Below are positions 1 to 4,051 of a DNA stretch of 4,051 nt, piece by piece. The translations under genes and the position numbers were made by a program. The first letter of the stretch is position 1; each line of letters begins with the position of its first letter. Below the pieces are notes generated by a model that did no database searches, had not been told where the DNA came from, and worked only from the letters and a program-made list of their open reading frames with translations. The stretch is from a virus (taxonomy: Duplodnaviria > Heunggongvirae > Uroviricota > Caudoviricetes), in IMG/VR virus record IMGVR_UViG_3300029590_000195, positions 1 to 4,051 of that record, one strand, 5' to 3'.

Positions 1-1137
1 GTTGGTAACGCCAAAGCGCGCTCTACGGCGCTGGCGAACAGCAACGCGAGCGTGTTCACCATCAACTACGATAACCTTGTCTGGCTGGTTGAAGAATTGG
101 GAGAACGATGGCCGTTCGGTACTGTCATTCCAGATGAAAGCACCCGGCTAAAATCCTTCCGGCTGCGAGGTGGTGGTAAGCGCGCGGCGGCGCTGGGCAA
201 AGTGGCGCACAAGTATGTCCGGCGCTGGATAAATCTCACCGGTACGCCAGCACCGAACGGCCTGGTAGATTTGTGGGGACAATCGTGGTTTGTGGACCAG
301 GGGCAACGTCTCGGGCGCACTTACGGCGCGTTTACCTCACGCTGGTTTAATTCGATACAGTTTCCGGGACAGAGCTGGACTAAACTGGAGCCTTTTGCTC
401 ACTCACAGGGTGAAATACAGCGAGCATTAGCCGATGTGACCCTCTCGCTGGATGCGGCCGACTGGTTCGATATCAAAGCCCCCATCCATAACGTAATCCG
501 CGTGGATATGCCGCCGAAGGCCCGTCAGCAGTATCGTGAAATGGAAAAGGAAATGTTCCTCGAGCTGAATGGCGAAGGCATCGAAGCACCTAACGCCGCG
601 GCAAAGACACTGAAATGTCTTCAAATCGCCAGTGGCGCAGTATACACAGACGACACCGGAAGTTGGTCAGAACTGCATGACACCAAACTACAGGCGCTGG
701 ACAGCATACTGACCGAAGCAGCTGGCGCACCTGTGCTGGTTGCTTATCACTGGAAACACGATCTTGAACGCTTGCTTAAAGCATTCCCTCGCGGTCGTCA
801 CCTCGACCAGGATCCACAGACACTGCGCGACTGGAATTCCGGAAAGATTCCTGTTCTCTTTGCACACCCAGCCAACGCGGGCCACGGCCTGAACATGCAG
901 GACGGCGGAAATATACTGGTATTTTTCTCACACTGGTGGGACCTGGAGCAATATCAGCAAATTATTGAACGCATCGGGCCAACCCGGCAGATTCAGGCCG
1001 GACACAACCGCCCGGTGTTCATTCACCACATTATCGCCGCCGACACTATGGACGAAATGGTGATGGAGCGGCGCAACTCAAAACGAACAGTGCAGGACAT
1101 CCTGCTCGATGCCATGAAAAAGAGAGGTATAGCATGA
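1..1137 (+). CDS. SNF2-family (SF2) helicase, 5'-partial: the frame is open to the window's left edge, so the N-terminal part with Walker A lies upstream
   Basis: Frame 1 has no stop from position 1 to the TGA at 1135-1137; the track's GTG at 52 is probably internal. The translation carries SNF2 motifs in order: WPFGTVIPDESTRLKS (motif II, DEST in place of DEAH), INLTGTPAPNGLVDLWGQSWFV (motif III, LTGTP), and ERIGPTRQIQAGHNRPVFIHHIIAADTMDEMVMERR (motifs V-VI, resembling RAHRIGQ...TIEE). No Walker A is in the window, consistent with truncation. Confidence 0.8.
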   Translation, partial: VGNAKARSTALANSNASVFTINYDNLVWLVEELGERWPFGTVIPDESTRLKSFRLRGGGKRAAALGKVAHKYVRRWINLTGTPAPNGLVDLWGQSWFVDQGQRLGRTYGAFTSRWFNSIQFPGQSWTKLEPFAHSQGEIQRALADVTLSLDAADWFDIKAPIHNVIRVDMPPKARQQYREMEKEMFLELNGEGIEAPNAAAKTLKCLQIASGAVYTDDTGSWSELHDTKLQALDSILTEAAGAPVLVAYHWKHDLERLLKAFPRGRHLDQDPQTLRDWNSGKIPVLFAHPANAGHGLNMQDGGNILVFFSHWWDLEQYQQIIERIGPTRQIQAGHNRPVFIHHIIAADTMDEMVMERRNSKRTVQDILLDAMKKRGIA

Positions 1138-1334
1138 GCGAGAAACCCGACGATTTACTCACCCCGGATGAAGTATGCCAAAAGTTAGGTATTACACAGA
1201 AAACGCTATGTGAGTGGAATATTAAGCATCGTCATCGGGCTATCCTGGCTCCAATTCGTTTCAGTGCAAAAGTAGTTCGTTATGAGCGCCGAAATGTCGA
1301 CGCTTTTATTCAAAAGTGTCGCAGCCAGTATTAA
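1134..1334 (+). CDS. Small HTH_17 / AlpA-type DNA-binding protein, likely excisionase or recombination directionality factor
   Basis: 66-aa ORF whose ATG overlaps the helicase stop (ATGA at 1134-1137), suggesting translational coupling. LLTPDEVCQKLGITQKTLCEW...VVRYERRNVDAFI matches the helix-turn-helix pattern of Xis/AlpA-family proteins. Sits immediately next to the integrase. Confidence 0.7.
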   Translation: MSEKPDDLLTPDEVCQKLGITQKTLCEWNIKHRHRAILAPIRFSAKVVRYERRNVDAFIQKCRSQY

Positions 1335-2728
1335 CCTCGCCGCCGTAGCAATGCAACCTGCGCAAGTATGCTCCGCTCGTGAGCCTCGAAAGCTTCGCGC
1401 TTCAACGCAATATCTTCCTGCAAAATCTCATCAGAAAAGTCGTAATGTTCTGCCATCGGGTCATCTGACTTGCTGGAGTGGTGAAGGCAAAGGAGGCTGA
1501 TTTCCCTTCGGTCTGATCGGGAATAGCCTCTTTCCTTCATCAAGGCAATAACATTGCTCTTAAAGAATTTACGGCACATCGTATTAAATGCACCGTCTTT
1601 CCCTTTAACAGTCCCATCATGTTTTATTCCTTTTACAGCCCCATCCGGGCTGTATGTTTTCACTAGCTTATCCAGTGATCGTTTTGAAAATGGCTGCATT
1701 GGATCACGCGGCTGCAAAAATACATAATCCCTGTTGCACTCAGGAACTGAATCACGCCATGCTTTCTGCTCGTCGATAATCCGCCGGATCTCCGGCGTTA
1801 TTGGCAGGCGGAAAGCCTTTTGTGTTTTCATAGCCCCTCGCATGCCGATAACCCCTTCAGGATAAACAATTTCGCCAGTCTCCTCCTGAACGTAGTCCCA
1901 GCGCAGGTTATGGACATTAATCGGACGAACGCCGGTGATGATCATGAAGCGAACAGCATTCTTCTGGTGTACAGAGGTGCAGGCGGCAACATTGAGCCAG
2001 AGCCGGGCGATTGACTCAATATCGGTAAAAAGCCGTGTGGGGGTGGGTTTCTGTACGCGGGAGGAAACATAATCATCTGGCAGACTGGCGGCAACATTGC
2101 GGCCATTGCAAAGAGTAGGTGCGCAGAACTTCCAGAACCGACGGAGCTCGGCAAACAACTCCAGGGCGTTATTGTTCGAGCGAGTGGCGATCCACTCGTC
2201 CAGCACTTCCACCAGCCGATTGTATGTTACGTCGCTGAACACCTCGCGCTCGCCGAACGTGGCTTTAATCCGGTCGATACGCACCCCGTAGGTTGTGAAA
2301 CTGTCCGGGCTCAGCTTCTGCCGGGCTACTTTAGCTTTGAGGTCATCCCGGTACATTTCCAGCGCTGCATGTACGGACTCCGCCCGCAGTCCACCGTCAG
2401 CCATACCTAGTGCTTTTTCGCGCGCCAGCTGGATAGCGAGCTCCGGCCACTCGCCGAGCTTTTTACCTTTGAGGCCCATCTTTTTTGGAAACTCGGCGTA
2501 AAATGTAACCTTACCGGCTTTGCTGAAATCGATACGGAGATAGTTCTCTTTTTCGTATTTGGAACGGCGAGCCACGCCGGAAGCAGCGAGGATGATTTTG
2601 GCGGCAGCAACACAGATTTTCATGTGTGCGCTGGTATAGGGGGGTTTACAGGCGTCCCATTTTTCAGATGCGGCTAAAACATCGTCATTATTGGGGCTAT
2701 CCGGATTATGTGTTACAGTGCGCGGCAT
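1331..2728 (-). CDS. Tyrosine-type site-specific integrase (phage/island integrase), divergent
   Basis: Long minus-strand ORF (track: 1331-2734 from a TTG). The first ATG is at 2728, preceded by AAGGA (rc of 2735-2739) at about 6-nt spacing; a further in-frame ATG at 2623 has no obvious SD. Translation has an arm-type N-terminal region (YLRIDFSKAGKVTFYAEF...KLGEWPELAIQLAREKA), a box I Arg (ITGVRPINVHNLRWDYV) and a C-terminal LCLHHSSKSDDPMAEHYDFSD with candidate catalytic His and Tyr. Stop codon overlaps the stop of the convergent small HTH gene (TTAA at 1331-1334). Confidence 0.85.
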   Translation of the reverse strand: MPRTVTHNPDSPNNDDVLAASEKWDACKPPYTSAHMKICVAAAKIILAASGVARRSKYEKENYLRIDFSKAGKVTFYAEFPKKMGLKGKKLGEWPELAIQLAREKALGMADGGLRAESVHAALEMYRDDLKAKVARQKLSPDSFTTYGVRIDRIKATFGEREVFSDVTYNRLVEVLDEWIATRSNNNALELFAELRRFWKFCAPTLCNGRNVAASLPDDYVSSRVQKPTPTRLFTDIESIARLWLNVAACTSVHQKNAVRFMIITGVRPINVHNLRWDYVQEETGEIVYPEGVIGMRGAMKTQKAFRLPITPEIRRIIDEQKAWRDSVPECNRDYVFLQPRDPMQPFSKRSLDKLVKTYSPDGAVKGIKHDGTVKGKDGAFNTMCRKFFKSNVIALMKERGYSRSDRREISLLCLHHSSKSDDPMAEHYDFSDEILQEDIALKREAFEAHERSILAQVALLRRRG

Positions 2729-2740
2729 TCTCAATCCTTA

Positions 2741-2756
2741 TCTGCGTAGGCGCAGA
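2741..2756 (-). promoter_or_regulatory. Short perfect hairpin/palindrome (TCTGCG-TAGG-CGCAGA) immediately upstream of the integrase SD; candidate operator or leader structure
   Basis: 6-bp perfect inverted repeat with 4-nt loop read directly from the sequence, located 2 nt upstream of the putative integrase SD on the minus strand. Confidence 0.3.
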
Positions 2757-2933
2757 AAACAAGCTCACACATACAAGTCTTTTCTACGGGACAAAATGCA
2801 ATGTGTTGCGGTTTTGTGTTGCTGGACTGAGTTTATCAAGGTTAAATACACTGGATCAACATACAGTAAGTGAATGACAGTAAAGCATACAAACTCGATA
2901 CAACTTACTGATTTTAAAATAATTTAATGGTAA

Positions 2934-3200
<267 letters not shown>

Positions 3201-3203
<3 letters not shown>

Positions 3204-3229
3204 TATTCTACTCTGGAAGTAGAGTATTA
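3201..3229 (+). terminator. AT-rich hairpin starting at the yfhL stop codon (TAATATTCTAC-TCTGGAA-GTAGAGTATTA); possible weak terminator or RNA structure
   Basis: 11-bp stem with one T/G position and a 7-nt loop, followed by a U/A-rich stretch. Low GC makes it a weak terminator at best. Confidence 0.25.
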
Positions 3230-3345
3230 ATTATATTACTGGGAAGCCTTAACGCCATTATATTTATTTAATTGATGACATTAGCATAATCATTCACTAA
3301 GTTAATTTATATAGTATCTGCCCAGACACTTATTTATAGTTATTA

Positions 3346-3379
3346 AAGGTGCGTCCGACTGGTTCACCGGACGCACCTT
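3346..3379. terminator. Strong perfect hairpin between convergent yfhL and shoB; probable shared 3'-end structure or terminator
   Basis: AAGGTGCGTCCG (3346-3357), 10-nt loop, CGGACGCACCTT (3368-3379): a 12-bp perfect stem. It lies 18 nt downstream of the shoB stop on the minus strand and about 140 nt downstream of yfhL. Flanking runs are A/T-rich but there is no clean U-tract on either strand. Confidence 0.55.
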
Positions 3380-3396
3380 AAGTACGTTTCCTTGTG

Positions 3397-3477
3397 TTAT
3401 AAGAACAGAAGGATCAGCTGTAAAACAGCAATGATGATTTTGATGACCCGTTTAATCAGGTATCGGCAATCAGTCAT
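3397..3477 (-). CDS. shoB: Type I toxin ShoB, small hydrophobic membrane peptide (26 aa)
   Basis: Minus-strand translation from ATG (rc of 3475-3477) gives MTDCRYLIKRVIKIIIAVLQLILLFL, stop TAA (rc of 3397-3399), matching the E. coli ShoB peptide as I recall it. SD AAGGA lies 7 nt upstream (rc of 3485-3489). Absent from the ORF track because it is under 60 aa. Confidence 0.9.
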   Translation of the reverse strand: MTDCRYLIKRVIKIIIAVLQLILLFL

Positions 3478-3552
3478 TCGTTTTTCCTTAAACAAGGAAT
3501 GCAGCCATTCAGATTAGCCCTTACATCTCCCCAAAACTGAACGTGCGAGTTA

Positions 3553-3571
3553 TTGAGGGTGCATGCTGCAC
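3553..3571. repeat. Copy 1 of an exact 19-nt direct repeat (TTGAGGGTGCATGCTGCAC), in the shoB 5' leader; target site for OhsC
   Basis: Exact 19-mer shared with 3801-3819; the extended 23-nt match has one mismatch. On the minus-strand shoB transcript it reads GUGCAGCAUGCACCCUCAA, complementary to the + strand sRNA copy. Confidence 0.85.
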
Positions 3572-3663
3572 TCCACACCAGAGCTTTGACGACACCACTC
3601 GTTTCAATGGGGGAATTCTGTGGCATGGTGTAAAGCACAGCAAAATCTTCAATAACGAAGCCA

Positions 3664-3693
3664 ATTTTAATGTACTTACGAATTGGCGGTCAC
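3664..3693 (-). promoter_or_regulatory. Candidate sigma70 promoter for shoB (minus strand): -35 GTGACC, 18-bp spacer, -10 TAAAAT
   Basis: Read on the minus strand: -35 at rc 3688-3693, -10 at rc 3664-3669. A start near 3656 would give a transcript of roughly 310 nt ending at the 3346-3379 hairpin, in line with the long-leader shoB mRNA described in the literature. Motif-only prediction. Confidence 0.25.
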
Positions 3694-3762
3694 GTTAATC
3701 TTTCCATCAATATTGCTTTCTTCGTAAAGGCTCGAGTTTTTATGCTAAAGATTGCAAGTTGC

Positions 3763-3792
3763 TTGTAAAAGATAAGTACACTGATCCATAAT
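3763..3792 (+). promoter_or_regulatory. Candidate sigma70 promoter for ohsC: -35 TTGTAA (3763-3768), 18-bp spacer, -10 CATAAT (3787-3792)
   Basis: Good hexamers positioned so that transcription would start around 3799-3800, right at the 5' end of the 19-nt repeat copy 2. Confidence 0.4.
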
Positions 3793-3800
3793 CGCTGTTG

Positions 3801-3819
3801 TTGAGGGTGCATGCTGCAC
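3801..3819. repeat. Copy 2 of the exact 19-nt direct repeat (TTGAGGGTGCATGCTGCAC), within ohsC
   Basis: Identical 19-mer to 3553-3571, about 250 bp away. Confidence 0.85.
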
Positions 3820-3842
3820 AAAATTAAAGTTAAAAAGTAAAA

Positions 3843-3871
3843 CCCCCGTTCCTTACCAGTTCGGGGGTTTT
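3843..3871. terminator. Bidirectional rho-independent terminator (CCCCCG, 13-nt loop, CGGGGG, flanked by AAAA upstream and TTTT downstream)
   Basis: GC-rich 6-bp stem 3843-3848 / 3862-3867 with a T-run after it on the + strand (terminates ohsC) and, because of the upstream A-run, a T-run on the - strand as well (terminates the minus-strand gene whose stop is at 3898-3900). Confidence 0.8.
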
Positions 3872-3897
3872 ACTTTTTAAAGAGAACGGTATTATTT

Positions 3898-4051
3898 TTA
3901 ACTTTCAATAATTACCGTGGCACAAGCATAGTGCCGCTCATCTGCCAGCGTTACATGCATATTTGCAACGCCCAGCTTTTCCGCCAGTTTTAATGCCTCG
4001 CCCCATAGCCGTAGCCGTGGTTTGCCGAGCTCATCATTGAATACTTCAAAT
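3898..4051 (-). CDS. 3' end (last 50 codons) of a minus-strand chromosomal gene running off the right edge; product not identified
   Basis: Minus-strand frame open from 4050 down to TAA (rc of 3898-3900): ...[50 protein letters not shown]. Followed by the bidirectional terminator. By synteny with E. coli K-12 this may be the gene neighbouring shoB/ohsC (I recall yfhH or pgpC in this region), but I cannot confirm from 50 residues. Confidence 0.45.

Larger units (their letters stand above)
1..2734. mobile_element. Integrase-proximal end of an integrative element (genomic island, prophage or satellite); remainder lies beyond the left edge
   Basis: Integrase plus Xis/AlpA-like gene plus helicase form a recombination/replication module. 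Composition changes abruptly to AT-rich DNA with recognisable core genes (yfhL, shoB) right after the integrase start. Exact att boundary not determinable from this window. Confidence 0.6.
3799..3872 (+). ncRNA. ohsC: OhsC antisense sRNA (antitoxin RNA of the shoB-ohsC type I TA locus), about 70-75 nt
   Basis: Candidate promoter upstream; the 19-nt region identical to the shoB-leader copy (hence complementary to shoB mRNA) sits at its 5' end (3801-3819); intrinsic terminator at 3843-3871. Arrangement matches the published divergent shoB/ohsC organisation with about 19 nt of pairing. Ends are predicted, not mapped. Confidence 0.6.

Noticed and set aside
66-885. Minus-strand ORFs of 65-84 aa inside the helicase gene (66-320, 427-624, 688-885)
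   Set aside because: Antisense to a helicase ORF carrying ordered SNF2 motifs; translations have no recognisable features.
1282-1500. 72-aa + strand ORF overlapping the 3' ends of the xis-like gene and the integrase
   Set aside because: Starts inside the HTH gene in another frame and runs antisense through the integrase C-terminus; no SD; likely spurious.
1820-2613. Five ORFs of 64-70 aa antisense to or overlapping the integrase (1820-2014 +, 1942-2154 -, 2097-2291 +, 2295-2501 +, 2407-2613 -)
   Set aside because: Entirely embedded in the long, motif-supported integrase ORF; low-complexity Ser/Pro/Arg-rich translations typical of off-frame reading of GC-rich coding DNA; no RBS or motifs.
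2626-2877. 83-aa and 60-aa + strand ORFs spanning the integrase 5' end and the junction region
   Set aside because: Overlap the integrase N-terminus antisense and extend into AT-rich intergenic DNA; no RBS; Cys/Arg-rich junk-like sequence. The region is better explained as integrase leader and att/promoter DNA.
3553-3819. The 19-nt direct repeats considered as att sites or a short repeat array
   Set aside because: Both copies lie on the same side of the integrase, within the shoB/ohsC locus, and are fully explained as the sRNA-target complementarity. Only two copies, with no regular spacers, so not CRISPR.

Overview
The window reads as an Escherichia-type chromosome segment with two distinct parts. 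Positions 1-2734 look like the integrase-proximal end of an integrative mobile element: a 5'-truncated SNF2-family helicase gene (+), a translationally coupled small HTH_17/AlpA-type excisionase-like gene (+), and a convergent, divergent-looking tyrosine integrase (-). From about 2735 onward the sequence becomes visibly AT-rich core genome: the 86-aa 4Fe-4S ferredoxin gene yfhL (+), the type I toxin-antitoxin pair shoB (26-aa toxic peptide, - strand) with its trans-acting antisense sRNA ohsC (+), and the 3' end of a minus-strand gene running off the right edge. The element's cargo and far boundary are outside the window, so I see no complete novel system here; the most interesting open questions are the non-tRNA insertion site next to yfhL and the function of the helicase module. 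No tRNA, rRNA, CRISPR array or IS element was seen. All protein-family assignments are from motif recognition and recall, not from database searches.
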